DNA of 64,000 nt from an uncultured Gammaproteobacteria bacterium (GCA_964552565.1 CAZKGL010000002.1:365-64364); one strand, 5' to 3'; shown: positions 45,354 through 55,392, counted from the stretch's first letter. Numbers and translations: made by a program. Notes: a model not told the origin generated them from the sequence alone.

Positions 45354-46475
45354 ATGGACATTGAGATCCTCCTGCTCGCGCTCGTGGTCATTCTCGGCGG
45401 AATCGCCATATTTTTTGTCATGCGGACGCAAAACGAACGCACCTCCGCCGTACTCGCGAAGAGTTTGGAGGGCGTCATGGAAAAGCTCCGCCAGGACATG
45501 CTCCTCATGAGCGACCGAGACCGCCAGGAGCTCCAACAGCAACTCGACCGCGTCAATGCGCAGCTCTTTAAAGGAATGAGCCACTCGCAAACGTCCGCAC
45601 AGCAGCAGGCGGAGCAGATGAATCGCATTATCCAAGATGTTACACAGCGACTTGCGACGCTCGACAATACAAACAAACAGGTCCTCGATTTCTCGTCACA
45701 GCTGCAAAACCTCCAGAACATCCTCAAGAACCCGAAACAACGCGGCATCCTCGGGGAATATTATCTCGAGACGTTGCTCAAGAACGTCCTGCCGCCAGGA
45801 AGTTACGAGATGCAGTTCCGTCTGGGCACCGACGAGGAAGGAAAGGAGCTCATCCCGGATGCCGTCGTTCGCGTAAAAGAGAAGATTATCCCCGTGGATT
45901 CCAAATTCTCGCTCGAGAATTACAACCGAATCGTAGACGAAACTGATGCCACCGAGCGCGCGAGACTAGAAAAACTCTTCGTCAACGACCTCAAGAACCG
46001 CATCATGGAAACCGCGAAATACATTAAACCGGAACAGGGGACGATGGACTTCGCGTTTATGTTTATCCCGCACGAAGCGATCTACTACGACCTTCTCGTC
46101 AACAAGATCGGCGCGGTGCAAGAGGAGACCGAAAACCTCATCCAGCGTGCCGCGAGCAAGTACCGCGTCATTATCGTCTCGCCCACGTCATTCCTCGCAT
46201 ATCTGCAGACCGTGTTGCAAGCGCTGCGCGCCCTGAAGATCGAAGAGACCGCGCAGGACATCATCAAGCGCGTCGGCGAGCTGGGAAAACACTTCCAAAA
46301 ATACGCGGAGTATCAAGCAAAGATGGGAAAGAACCTGAGTACGGTCGTCGGCCAGTTCAATGAATCATCAAACGAGCTCCGCAAGTTGAGCAAAGACGTG
46401 CAGCGCATCACCTCGGCGGACGACAGTGGAATGATCGAGGTCGATGAGGTGACAAAACCTCTCCTCACCGAATAG
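45354..46475 (+). CDS. rmuC: DNA recombination protein RmuC
   Basis: N-terminal TM, coiled coil, KQRG.LGE, PD..VDSKF, DFA.MFIP.E, VSPTS. Confidence 0.93.
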   Translation: MDIEILLLALVVILGGIAIFFVMRTQNERTSAVLAKSLEGVMEKLRQDMLLMSDRDRQELQQQLDRVNAQLFKGMSHSQTSAQQQAEQMNRIIQDVTQRLATLDNTNKQVLDFSSQLQNLQNILKNPKQRGILGEYYLETLLKNVLPPGSYEMQFRLGTDEEGKELIPDAVVRVKEKIIPVDSKFSLENYNRIVDETDATERARLEKLFVNDLKNRIMETAKYIKPEQGTMDFAFMFIPHEAIYYDLLVNKIGAVQEETENLIQRAASKYRVIIVSPTSFLAYLQTVLQALRALKIEETAQDIIKRVGELGKHFQKYAEYQAKMGKNLSTVVGQFNESSNELRKLSKDVQRITSADDSGMIEVDEVTKPLLTE

Positions 46476-46476
46476 T

Positions 46477-46935
46477 ATGGCCGAACTCCGACGCATCACA
46501 CGCGACATCGTAGGAGGAGTACTCGTCTCACAAGACAACAAAGTGTTTCTTGGACAACATCGCGCAGGAGGCGTGTACCAGGAATGCTGGATTATTCCCG
46601 GCGGAGGAATCGAGGAAGGGGAGTCACAAGAAGATGCGCTCCATCGCGAAATGCTTGAAGAAACTGGCATCGACACTACCGGCTGCCCGATCGAATTCCT
46701 GAATACGGATACTGGCAGTGCAGAAAAAATATTGAAGACGACGGGGGAACGCGTCATCGTCGACATGACGTTTTACGATTTCCGCATCACACTTCCTTTG
46801 ACCGCTGAAAAAATTCCTCCAAGCCCTGACGACGAGCTCGTGCGCTCGCACTGGTATTCCATCGAAGAACTCAAGGGCCTTCGCCTCAGCCCTCCCACAG
46901 AAAAACTCTTCCGCAAAATCGGCTACCTCCCCTAA
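46477..46935 (+). CDS. NUDIX hydrolase
   Basis: PGGGIEEGES..AL.RE..EETG Nudix box. Confidence 0.92.
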   Translation: MAELRRITRDIVGGVLVSQDNKVFLGQHRAGGVYQECWIIPGGGIEEGESQEDALHREMLEETGIDTTGCPIEFLNTDTGSAEKILKTTGERVIVDMTFYDFRITLPLTAEKIPPSPDDELVRSHWYSIEELKGLRLSPPTEKLFRKIGYLP

Positions 46936-46964
46936 CACAAAACCGGCTCGTGGCCGGTTTTGTG
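46936..46964. terminator. Bidirectional terminator
   Basis: CACAAAACCGGC-tcgtg-GCCGGTTTTGTG. Confidence 0.8.
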
Positions 46965-46970
46965 GTTTGC

Positions 46971-47240
46971 TTACTTTTTAAGCGCGGCGTTCAGGCGCGC
47001 GGCGAGGCGCGACTTGGTGCGCGACACGGCGTTCTTCTTGATGACGCCCTTGCCCGCAGCCTTGTCGAGCGCCTGCTCGAGCTTCGGCAGCATCGCCTTC
47101 GCGTCTGCGGCCTTGCCCGCCTCGAGCGCCTTGCGGAACTGACGCTTCATCGAGTCGATGGCGCCTTCGCGAGCGCTGTTGCGGAGTGCGCGGGCTTTTG
47201 CCTGGCGCAGGGCCTTAATGGCGTTTTGGAGATTCGGCAT
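46971..47240 (-). CDS. rpsT: 30S ribosomal protein S20
   Basis: A.K..RQ..RN, LDKAA.KGVIKKN..R.KSRL. Confidence 0.95.
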   Translation of the reverse strand: MPNLQNAIKALRQAKARALRNSAREGAIDSMKRQFRKALEAGKAADAKAMLPKLEQALDKAAGKGVIKKNAVSRTKSRLAARLNAALKK

Positions 47241-47255
47241 AGAATGAGGCGAAGT

Positions 47256-48245
47256 CTAGCGGAAAGTGGGGGAGGCGTCAAGCATCTCGGCGGCGAGGCG
47301 GTCGACGGCCAGGGCGGGGTCTATCCCGCCCCGTTTCGCCTCTCGGTCGAACCGCGCGACGAGCCCGTGCAGGCGGACAAGCTGGCGCAACGTAAAGCGT
47401 TTTGCTTGGGTTAGCGACTTTTGGGCGACGTAGGGGTGGAGGCCGAGGCGCTTGGGCAGCGTGCGCTCGGAAGAGGGGTCTTCTGCAAGCGCCGCCTGGA
47501 TTTGCAGGAGGATACGTACCTGGCGGGCGAGCATCGCGAGCAGGTACAGGTCTGCAGACCCCGCGGCGCGCTCCTCGGCAAGGAGCTGCAGCGCCTTCTT
47601 GCCGTCCCGCTGGCTCACCGCATCGACAAACGCAAAAATATTACTCGAACTGCTGCGCGCACTAAGGAGGTTGAGGGTGTCCATCGTGATCAGCCCGCTT
47701 CCTGCATACGAGGCTAACTTATCGAGTTCGTTTGCGAGCCGCCATGTATCGTCCGGGAAGCGTCGTGCGAGCTCCTCAGCAACGTCGATTGCGAGCGTTG
47801 CACCCTTCTTGCGCGCCTCATCGATAAGCCACTTCTTCAGTGCCGCGCCCTCGCGCTTCTCTTCGGCGTACGCATGCACCTCAGCCTGTCCCTGCAATTG
47901 TTTGAACAGCTCATGCTTCTCGACCGTCGCTTTCGGTGCAACATCGACCAACACGACGATACTCGACGACGGCGTGCGCGAGAGGCCTTCGGCCCACTGG
48001 CGCGCGTCATCCTTTTTGAGCCCATCCATGAGCCCGCGAATGACGACCATGCGCTTCTCCGACAGAAATGGCGCGCTCTGCACCGCGGTGAGCACCTCGG
48101 CAAACGGGATCTCCGAGCTGCCCGGGGCAGGGAACTCCACGAAGTTCATGCCGGACGGGTCGAACTTTTCTTGAAAACGGGACGTGAATTCAAAAAGTTT
48201 CTGTTTTGCCCGCACCCCGTCGTCGCCGTAGACGAAAATTAGCAT
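47256..48245 (-). CDS. holA: DNA polymerase III delta subunit
   Basis: YGDD, APFLSEKRMVVI, ELDKL, IFAFVDA, GLHPYVA.K. Confidence 0.92.
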   Translation of the reverse strand: MLIFVYGDDGVRAKQKLFEFTSRFQEKFDPSGMNFVEFPAPGSSEIPFAEVLTAVQSAPFLSEKRMVVIRGLMDGLKKDDARQWAEGLSRTPSSSIVVLVDVAPKATVEKHELFKQLQGQAEVHAYAEEKREGAALKKWLIDEARKKGATLAIDVAEELARRFPDDTWRLANELDKLASYAGSGLITMDTLNLLSARSSSSNIFAFVDAVSQRDGKKALQLLAEERAAGSADLYLLAMLARQVRILLQIQAALAEDPSSERTLPKRLGLHPYVAQKSLTQAKRFTLRQLVRLHGLVARFDREAKRGGIDPALAVDRLAAEMLDASPTFR

Positions 48246-48333
48246 ACCCGAGGTGATGGTATCGGAATCCCGTAAAAATGCGAAGGCCCGCCACCACGAT
48301 GGGGCGGGCCGTCACGAGCGATGCACCGCATCG

Positions 48334-48657
48334 CTACATCCGGCGACGGAAGGTCCAGGCCTGGCGGAACTTGCCGCCCTCGGGCATGAGACCGTCGGAG
48401 ACGATCGTCACCCACCCTCCGAACGCGCGCTGGAGCGCGGCCAGGTAGTCGGCGAGATCGGCCACCTCCTCGATCACGTAGGAGACGCAGACCGTGACCG
48501 GCCAGCCGACGTGGTTTCCGGCGAGCTCATCGAGGATCTCCTGAATGCTGCGGTTGCCGACCTCGCGGTCGCGGTGCGCGTCGGGGATGTTCTCGATGAG
48601 GCGCTCGATGGGGAACGCAGGGGCCTCGGCGCGGGCCGCGGCGGAGGAACGGGTCAT
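48334..48657 (-). CDS. Hypothetical protein, 107 aa
   Basis: Promoter TTGACA-17-TAAGGT, two 3' hairpins plus T run, strong G/C third-position bias. Confidence 0.68.
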   Translation of the reverse strand: MTRSSAAARAEAPAFPIERLIENIPDAHRDREVGNRSIQEILDELAGNHVGWPVTVCVSYVIEEVADLADYLAALQRAFGGWVTIVSDGLMPEGGKFRQAWTFRRRM

Positions 48658-48791
48658 GGACGGATTCCGGCTGTTGCCAGGCGGCGGCGAGGGGAGTCTC
48701 GACAGCGCTGGCGAACGTCCGCAACCTTAGCCGAAAAACTCTATTTTGTCAACAAAAAACAGGCCTTTCGGCCTATTTTTCGTTGCGCAAA

Positions 48792-51374
48792 CTACTTCAT
48801 TTCTCCCCAACTGCGGTCAATCTCTACCGCCACCGCGAGCGGAACATCGAGATCAACGACCGTGGTCATGAGCTCCTTCAACTTCCGCGCAACCTTCTCC
48901 GCATCCTCTTTTTCAACCTCGAGCACGAGTTCATCGTGGACTTGGAGCACGAGCTTTGCCGGCACCCGCTCCTGCGCAACCCAGTCCCATACCCTGCGCA
49001 TCGCCATCTTAATGATGTCCGCCTGCGTCCCCTGCGCGGGCATGTTAATCGCCATGCGCTCGGCCGCGGCGACGAGCTGCGGCACGCCGGAATTGATGTC
49101 CGGCAAGTACCGACGCCTGCCGAATACCGTCTCGACGTACTCGTTGGCATGCGCGCGGACCTTCATCTCGTCGATATACGCGTGGATACCGGGGTGGACG
49201 GCAAAGTAGCGGTCAATGAACTCCTTCGCTTCATCAAACGTCACGCCAGAGCTACGCGCAAGCGAACGCGGGCCGATGCCGTACAGGATGCCGAAGTTGA
49301 TTGCCTTGGCGGCGTAGCGCTGCTCCTTCGTCACCTCGTTCTCCGGGATGCCCCACATCTCGGCCGCGGTGCGGCGGTGGATGTCCGCGTCTTCCCTGAA
49401 CGCCTCAATGAACGCCTTGTCCTTCGCGATCGCCGCGGCAAGGCGCAACTCGATCTGCGAGTAGTCGGCGGCAACGAGCACCGAGCCCTTCGGCGCGACA
49501 AACGCCTTGCGAATCTCGCGACCGAGCTCGGAACGGATCGGAATGTTCTGGAGGTTCGGATTCGACGACGACAGGCGGCCGGTCGCCGCGATGCATTGGT
49601 TGAACTGCGCGTGGATACGCCCGTCCTTGCCGACGAGCGTCGGCAACGTGTCGGAGTACGTACTCTTCAGCTTCGCCACCTCACGGTACTCGGAAATGAG
49701 CGGGACGATGGCATGGGCGTCCACGATCTTCTCGAGCTCCTGGGCCGCAGTCGAAAACCCGCTCTTCGTCTTTTTGACGCCTTTCGTCGGCAGCCCGAGG
49801 TCGACGAACAGCACGTCCGCGAGCTGGGAAGGGGAGTTAATGTTGAATTCCTTGCCCGCGAGTGCGTAAATCTTTTTCGTAAGCGCCGTGAGCGTCGTTT
49901 CAAAATCGTGCGAGAGGGACTTCAGCTTCTCGGTATCGACCGCGACGCCGTCCCGCTCCATCGTGAAGAGCACGGGGATGAGCGGCATCTCAATCTCGTC
50001 GGACAGCCTTCGCATGCCGTCCTTTGCGAGACGCGCTTCGAGCGCGTCCGCGAGCGGAAGAATGACGGCAAGCGCGCTTCCCGCGTCACCCTTCACCTCT
50101 TCGCCGAGCACATCCCGGACCATGTCCGCGAACGCGACCTCGCGGTCGCCGGACGATAGGAGGTACGCCGCGACCATCGTGTCGAAATGGGCCTTGCCAA
50201 GCAACGACGTCACGTCGACCCCGGCGCGGTGCAGCGCATGGAGCACGCGTTTTGCGTCATGCGCAACGATGCGCGCCGCGGCGTCGAGGACGCGCACCAC
50301 GCTGCCGAGCGCCTCGGCGTCCGGCTCGTCGAGCACGACCGCGTGCGCGGCGTCGGTGAGTCCGATGCTTGCGATGCCACCGCCAAACAGATCCGTCGGC
50401 TTTTCAACAAGTACGACCCCGACGCGTTCGGCGCGGATGTCGCTGAGAGAGCCGTTTGCCGCCTTCGTCCGCTTCTTCGGCTTCTCCGCCGCCGGCGACG
50501 CGCCCTCGTACTTTTTTAGTAATGTCTTGAACTCAAGATCGCGGAAAATCGGTATGAGCTTCTTGGCGTCCGGCGTCTGCACGGCAGCACCCGCGACCGC
50601 AAATCCGTTCAGGTCGACATCGCGCACGATGGTGACGAGCCGGCACATCTGCTTTGCGACCTCTTCCTTGCCCTCGAGCTTCTTTGCAAACTTCGCCGGC
50701 ACCTCACCACGCGTGAGCGCATCGAACACGCCCTTCACGGAGCCAAAGTTCTGCAACAGCTCGAGTGCAGTCTTCTCGCCGATGCCTGCGACGCCGGGAA
50801 GGTTGTCGGATGCGTCACCGATGAAGGTTTTCAAATCAATAAGCTGGTCGGGGCGCAGCCCATACCGCGCCTCGACCGCCACGGGGTCGTAGAGCGTCGT
50901 CTGCGACAATCCCTTCACGAAAAACACGACGTGCGTTGACTCGTCGACGAGCTGCAATGCATCGAGATCGCCGGTGACGATGAGCGTCTTGAAGCCCTTC
51001 TTTTTGTTATGGCTCGCGATGGTGCCGATGATATCGTCCGCTTCGAAACCTGGAACGGAGAGCGACGGGATGTCGTATGCCGCAAGGATCTCTTGGATGA
51101 TGGGGATCTGGTCGTACAGCTCCTGCGCCTTCTTTTCACGCGTCGCCTTGTACTCCTTGTATTCCTCATGGCGGAACGTCGCGCCCGGCAAGTCCCACGC
51201 AACCGCCATGAAGTCCGGTGCAAACTGCGCGAGCATCTTCTCAACGACCATCGTAAAACCATACGCCGCGTTTACCACGCGGCCGTCTTTGGTGGTCAGG
51301 GGCGGGATGGCGTGCCAGGCACGGTGGAGGAGCGCGTTGCCGTCCAGAATGAGGAACGTCTTCTTTTCTGCCAT
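48792..51374 (-). CDS. polA: DNA polymerase I
   Basis: LDGN.L.HRA.HA, EADD, GD.SDN.PG, ADYSQIELR, AKAINFGILYG, QVHDE; start MAEKK. Confidence 0.98.
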   Translation of the reverse strand: MAEKKTFLILDGNALLHRAWHAIPPLTTKDGRVVNAAYGFTMVVEKMLAQFAPDFMAVAWDLPGATFRHEEYKEYKATREKKAQELYDQIPIIQEILAAYDIPSLSVPGFEADDIIGTIASHNKKKGFKTLIVTGDLDALQLVDESTHVVFFVKGLSQTTLYDPVAVEARYGLRPDQLIDLKTFIGDASDNLPGVAGIGEKTALELLQNFGSVKGVFDALTRGEVPAKFAKKLEGKEEVAKQMCRLVTIVRDVDLNGFAVAGAAVQTPDAKKLIPIFRDLEFKTLLKKYEGASPAAEKPKKRTKAANGSLSDIRAERVGVVLVEKPTDLFGGGIASIGLTDAAHAVVLDEPDAEALGSVVRVLDAAARIVAHDAKRVLHALHRAGVDVTSLLGKAHFDTMVAAYLLSSGDREVAFADMVRDVLGEEVKGDAGSALAVILPLADALEARLAKDGMRRLSDEIEMPLIPVLFTMERDGVAVDTEKLKSLSHDFETTLTALTKKIYALAGKEFNINSPSQLADVLFVDLGLPTKGVKKTKSGFSTAAQELEKIVDAHAIVPLISEYREVAKLKSTYSDTLPTLVGKDGRIHAQFNQCIAATGRLSSSNPNLQNIPIRSELGREIRKAFVAPKGSVLVAADYSQIELRLAAAIAKDKAFIEAFREDADIHRRTAAEMWGIPENEVTKEQRYAAKAINFGILYGIGPRSLARSSGVTFDEAKEFIDRYFAVHPGIHAYIDEMKVRAHANEYVETVFGRRRYLPDINSGVPQLVAAAERMAINMPAQGTQADIIKMAMRRVWDWVAQERVPAKLVLQVHDELVLEVEKEDAEKVARKLKELMTTVVDLDVPLAVAVEIDRSWGEMK

Positions 51375-51514
51375 AGTTTTCCGCATCATAGCCCAGAAAC
51401 AAAAAAACTCCCATAAAAGGGTTCGACGCCCGACACCACGAGGGATGCCGAGCGTCGAGGCGCCGGGGATCGTCCCAGCGCGGGGCCGTACGTGGTGTCG
51501 AGTTGTGGAGCCGG

Positions 51515-52360
51515 CTACTTGCCGGTCGCGGCGACCTGGACGCGGGTCATGTTGCCGCGGCCGTCGCCGGTGCGCTGGAAGCGCACGCGGGTCGCGGCGT
51601 CCTGCTTGCCGGTGCGGTCGACCGCCGGGAAGGCGTAGACGTTCTCGCCGAAGCCGGTCTCGCCCTTGTCCGTGAGCTCGGTGTTGTCGAGGCCGTAGTA
51701 GACGATCTTGTCGTCCTTCTTGGCCGCCATCACCGGGGTGAGCGGGTCGAGCTCGGCGCGGACGAGCGTCATGTTGTCCTCCTTCGCCATGCCCTCGTCG
51801 TCCTTGAGCACGTCCTCGTTGTTGAGGACGCGGCCGACGAAGTCGTTGATGGAGAGGATCGCGAGGCGCGCCGCGGTCTCGATGGCGATCGAGTCCTTGC
51901 CGGCGTAGAACGCCTGCTGCACGTCGTCGAGCTTGTACTTCACCTTCAGCTTGCCGTCCTGGTCGATGCCGTAGAGCACCCCGACGGTGGTGAAGGAGTC
52001 GTCGGCGTGGGCGAGCGTCCCGAAGTGCGCGCCCTGCTCCTGGAGGAGCTTCCCGAAGGCCTGCGCCTCCATCTCCGCCTTGTCGTCGTCGAGCAGCGTG
52101 TACTCCCCGTCCTGGAAGGTGCCGAGGAAGTACCGGGTGCCGTCGATCTCGCCGAGGGCGATGATCTCGTTGCGCTCGGTGGTCTTGTCCGAGACGGGGA
52201 AGGCGTCGTCGGCCGTCGAGACCGTCGCGGTGCCGTCGTTGTTGACGGACCAGCGCGTGATGGTGTCGGGGCCGATCTTCTTGTTCGCGTCGAAGCTCTC
52301 GAGCTTGTCGGCGTTGTCGTCCTGGTAGGAGATGAGCGCGAGGAGGGACGCGAACGGGAT
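51515..52360 (-). CDS. Acidic hypothetical protein with no canonical start at its apparent 5' end
   Basis: Frame open and strongly coding-like for about 96 codons upstream of the first ATG (52072), back to an ATC just after a promoter. Confidence 0.6.
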   Translation of the reverse strand: MPFASLLALISYQDDNADKLESFDANKKIGPDTITRWSVNNDGTATVSTADDAFPVSDKTTERNEIIALGEIDGTRYFLGTFQDGEYTLLDDDKAEMEAQAFGKLLQEQGAHFGTLAHADDSFTTVGVLYGIDQDGKLKVKYKLDDVQQAFYAGKDSIAIETAARLAILSINDFVGRVLNNEDVLKDDEGMAKEDNMTLVRAELDPLTPVMAAKKDDKIVYYGLDNTELTDKGETGFGENVYAFPAVDRTGKQDAATRVRFQRTGDGRGNMTRVQVAATGK

Positions 52361-52377
52361 GCGTTCGAGCGAGCGAA

Positions 52378-52406
52378 ATAATGCCTGAGGCCGTTTCTTC
52401 TGTCAA
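52378..52406 (-). promoter_or_regulatory. sigma70-type promoter
   Basis: TTGACA-17 bp-CATTAT. Confidence 0.6.
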
Positions 52407-52470
52407 ATACTTGCCCAGGGTTATTGATAAAACCCTTAGAAAATGCTAGGATATATTGTCTGTTTTTGGA

Positions 52471-52547
52471 GCCTCGGTAGCTCAGTTGGATAGAGCAGGG
52501 GACTTCTAAGCCCAAGGTCGATGGTTCGATCCCATCCCGAGGCACCA
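52471..52547 (+). tRNA. tRNA-Arg(TCT)
   Basis: GCCTCGG acceptor, CT TCT AA loop, encoded CCA; weak anticodon stem. Confidence 0.88.
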
Positions 52548-52610
52548 AAAGCAGGCTAGGGGCTTGATTTATCGGGTCTTGGATGCTATTCTTTACCCCG
52601 CAAAACCCAC

Positions 52611-52685
52611 GGCGGCTATAGCTCAATGGTAGAGCACCGGGTTGTGGTCCCGGCTATACGGGTTCGATCCCCGTTAGTCGCCCCA
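52611..52685 (+). tRNA. tRNA-His(GTG)
   Basis: G-1/C73, CCGGG-TT GTG GT-CCCGG, encoded CCA. Confidence 0.94.
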
Positions 52686-52719
52686 TGAAAAAACCTCCCC
52701 TTGCCGGGAGGCTTTTTCT

Positions 52720-53940
52720 TTAGGTGAGCTTGGTGATGTCGCGCGGATAGAAGAGGTTGATCGTCCACTCGAAGGCGATACGGATGCGTTTTTTCGTGCT
52801 GGCGAACTTGAAGAGGTACACCGTGCGCCAGAGCCACCAGGTAAAGCGGCCCGAGATGTCGAATGCGCCGACCGTACCGGCGGCAAACCATTGGCCGAGG
52901 GAGACCAGCGAGCCCTTGGAACGGTACGCAAACGGGTGCAGCGGCCGTCCGGCGAGTTTTGCGACGACATTCTGCGCGACGGTCTTGCCTTGTGCGACCG
53001 CGACCTGGGCCAGCATGGGGAGCGGGGAAGGCGTCGCGGCAGAATCGCCGAGCACGAACATGCCGTCGACGCCGCGTGCCGCAAGTGTCGCATCGACGGC
53101 GATCCGCCCGTTCGTCATCTCGGGTGCGCCGTTTGTAAACGTTGGCACGACCGGCTTCACGCCCGCAGTCCACGCGACAAGCGATGCATCGATGCGCGAC
53201 CCATCACCAAGGTCGACGCCGTCCGTATCCACACCGAGCACCTGGACGCCGAGTTTGAGCACGATGCCGTTCTTGCGCAACCGTTCCTCCGCAGCCTTGC
53301 GCGTCGCTGGCGAAAACTGTGCAAGGAGTTCTGCGCTTGCGCTGACGAGCGTCACCGAAACCCCGTGCGTGCCGCCAAAATATTTTTCCGCAATACCGGT
53401 CGCGAACTCTGCAAGCTCCGCGACGAGCTCCACGCCCGTCGCGCCGGCGCCGACAACGACAAAGGAAAGCAAACGCCGCTTCGCTTCTTCATCATTCGTC
53501 AGCGCAGCAGCCTCAAATGCATCAATAACCCGTTCGCGGATACGGATCGCGTCGCTGAGCGTTTTCAGGCCGACGCCGTGCGCGTCCGCCCCCGGAACGC
53601 CGTAGTAATTCGTCTCCGCACCGCTTGCGAGGACGACAATGTCGTAAGGGATGTCACACGTTCCGACACGGATATTCTTTGCCGCGATATCAACGCCCGC
53701 GACGTCGCCTTGCGCAACACGGATGCCGGAGCGCGCAAACACGTCGCGCAGCGGCTCGGTCACGCTTGTCGGCGTCAGGCCGCCGGTGGCGACCTCATGG
53801 AGGAGCGGCGTAAACAAAAAGTAGTTCGTGCGGTTGATGACCGTTACGTCAATCTCCCCACGCCGCACCTTCGGCGCCAACCGCTTCGCAACCTCCATGC
53901 CCCCAAACCCGCTTCCGATGATGACGATGTGCTGCTTCAC
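52720..53940 (-). CDS. ndh: Type II NADH dehydrogenase-like FAD oxidoreductase
   Basis: IIGSGFGG, FTPLL.EVA.G, VVGAGATGVE..AE, WTAGV, GD.A, AQVA..QG. Confidence 0.88.
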   Translation of the reverse strand: MKQHIVIIGSGFGGMEVAKRLAPKVRRGEIDVTVINRTNYFLFTPLLHEVATGGLTPTSVTEPLRDVFARSGIRVAQGDVAGVDIAAKNIRVGTCDIPYDIVVLASGAETNYYGVPGADAHGVGLKTLSDAIRIRERVIDAFEAAALTNDEEAKRRLLSFVVVGAGATGVELVAELAEFATGIAEKYFGGTHGVSVTLVSASAELLAQFSPATRKAAEERLRKNGIVLKLGVQVLGVDTDGVDLGDGSRIDASLVAWTAGVKPVVPTFTNGAPEMTNGRIAVDATLAARGVDGMFVLGDSAATPSPLPMLAQVAVAQGKTVAQNVVAKLAGRPLHPFAYRSKGSLVSLGQWFAAGTVGAFDISGRFTWWLWRTVYLFKFASTKKRIRIAFEWTINLFYPRDITKLT

Positions 53941-53949
53941 AATGATGGG

Positions 53950-54870
53950 TTACTCTTCTTTCGCCTTCCCATGAAACTGCTTGTACACGCGCTTCAGTTC
54001 TTTGTCGGTGATGTGCGTGTAGACCTGGGTCGTGATGATCGATTCGTGGCCGAGGAGCGACTGGACGCTGCGGATGTCGGCGCCGTTGCGCAGGAGGTCG
54101 GTCGCGAAGGTGTGGCGGAGCGTGTGCGGCGTCACGCGTTTCGTGATGCCGGCCGCACGGGCGTACCGGTCGACGATGCGCTGCACGCTGCGCGGCGTGA
54201 GCGCCTGGCTGCCGCCTTTCTTCGCGCGGTCATGCCGGACAAACAGGAACGGCGCGACGTCGTGGCGGATGGTGAGGTACGCCTTGAGCGCCGTCTTCGC
54301 GTCGTCGGAAAGAAAGACGACGCGGTGCTTGCTCCCTTTTCCCTTCACCGTAAATTCGTCCTGCTTCAGGTTGACCTGCTCAATCTGCAAATTCGCCAGC
54401 TCTGAGACGCGCAGGCCGGTGGAAAAAAGGAGCTCGAGGATGGCCCGGTCGCGCAGGCCGACGATCGACCGATCTTTTGCGGCGATGGCGAGCATCCGCT
54501 TCAGCTCGTCCGCTTCGAGGAAGCTCACATGCCGCCCATCCTGCTTGGCCAACTCGATCTTTTCCGGAGAAAGCGAGGCAATATCGCGCTTGGCGAGGAA
54601 CTTCAGGAAGGCGCGGAGCGCGATGAGGTGGTAGTTTTGGGTCGATTTCTTGAGGCTGTCCTCCTCGCGGCCGGCAAGGTCGCGGTTCAGGAAAAGCCGA
54701 AATTTTCGCACCAATTCAAGCGTAATCTCGTCCGGCTTCTTGATCTTCGCCCAATCGAGGAATCGGCGCAGGTAAAAATGGTAGTTGCGGACCGTCAGCG
54801 CCGACCGTCCACGTTCAATTTCCAAATATTCCAGGAATTGCGTGAGGGAACGTTCCAAGGACAAGGGCAT
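53950..54870 (-). CDS. XerC/XerD-family tyrosine recombinase
   Basis: RDRAILELL..TGLRVSEL, GKG.K.R, HTLRHTFAT, LLGH..TTQVY. Confidence 0.93.
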   Translation of the reverse strand: MPLSLERSLTQFLEYLEIERGRSALTVRNYHFYLRRFLDWAKIKKPDEITLELVRKFRLFLNRDLAGREEDSLKKSTQNYHLIALRAFLKFLAKRDIASLSPEKIELAKQDGRHVSFLEADELKRMLAIAAKDRSIVGLRDRAILELLFSTGLRVSELANLQIEQVNLKQDEFTVKGKGSKHRVVFLSDDAKTALKAYLTIRHDVAPFLFVRHDRAKKGGSQALTPRSVQRIVDRYARAAGITKRVTPHTLRHTFATDLLRNGADIRSVQSLLGHESIITTQVYTHITDKELKRVYKQFHGKAKEE

Positions 54871-55005
54871 ACGCCACATATTGTACGACACACTTGACCA
54901 AGGCGACGAATTCCGCTAGAGTTTGGGCACTAATTCACTGTCGTGCGCCATGGTTTGCGGGTTGAGCACCCCTTTCTGCGACGCTCGAATGCACATCGTC
55001 AGGCT

Positions 55006-55299
55006 ATGCTCAGCAAGAAACAGAAGGAGAACCTCATCAAGAAGTTCGGCACCCATGCGAACGACACCGGTTCGCCGCAGGTGCAGATCGCCCTCCTCAC
55101 GAAGGAGGTTGAGGAGCTCACGAAGCACCTCAAGAACCACCGCAAGGACTTCAGCTCGCGCCGCGGCCTCATCAAAAAGGTCGCCGAGCGCCGCCGCCTC
55201 CTCAAGTACCTGGAGCGCGAAGATGAGAAGGCATACGCGTCGCTGGTCGAAGAACTCGGCCTCAAGCCGTCGCAGCAGACCGCCAAAGCAACCAAGTAA
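55006..55299 (+). CDS. rpsO: 30S ribosomal protein S15
   Basis: DTGSPQVQIALLT, H.KD.SSRRGL; promoter TTGACC-17-TAGAGT and a structured leader upstream. Confidence 0.97.
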   Translation: MLSKKQKENLIKKFGTHANDTGSPQVQIALLTKEVEELTKHLKNHRKDFSSRRGLIKKVAERRRLLKYLEREDEKAYASLVEELGLKPSQQTAKATK

Positions 55300-55392
55300 G
55301 CAGCCGCACCTTGCGCTATTCCGGCGCAGGGTGCTGTTGTACTATAAGGAGGGAGATTTTTCAGACCATTTTTTAAACGCCAGTTTTCTTTT

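Noticed and set aside
48792-52406. 1204-aa PolA with a long N-terminal extension
   Set aside because: The extension is an off-frame read through the 51515-52360 gene, and its TTG 'start' is a -35 box. PolA begins at 51374.
53950-54870. Integrase of a mobile element near tRNA-His/Arg
   Set aside because: Looks like a housekeeping Xer recombinase; no duplicated tRNA end or cargo boundary seen.
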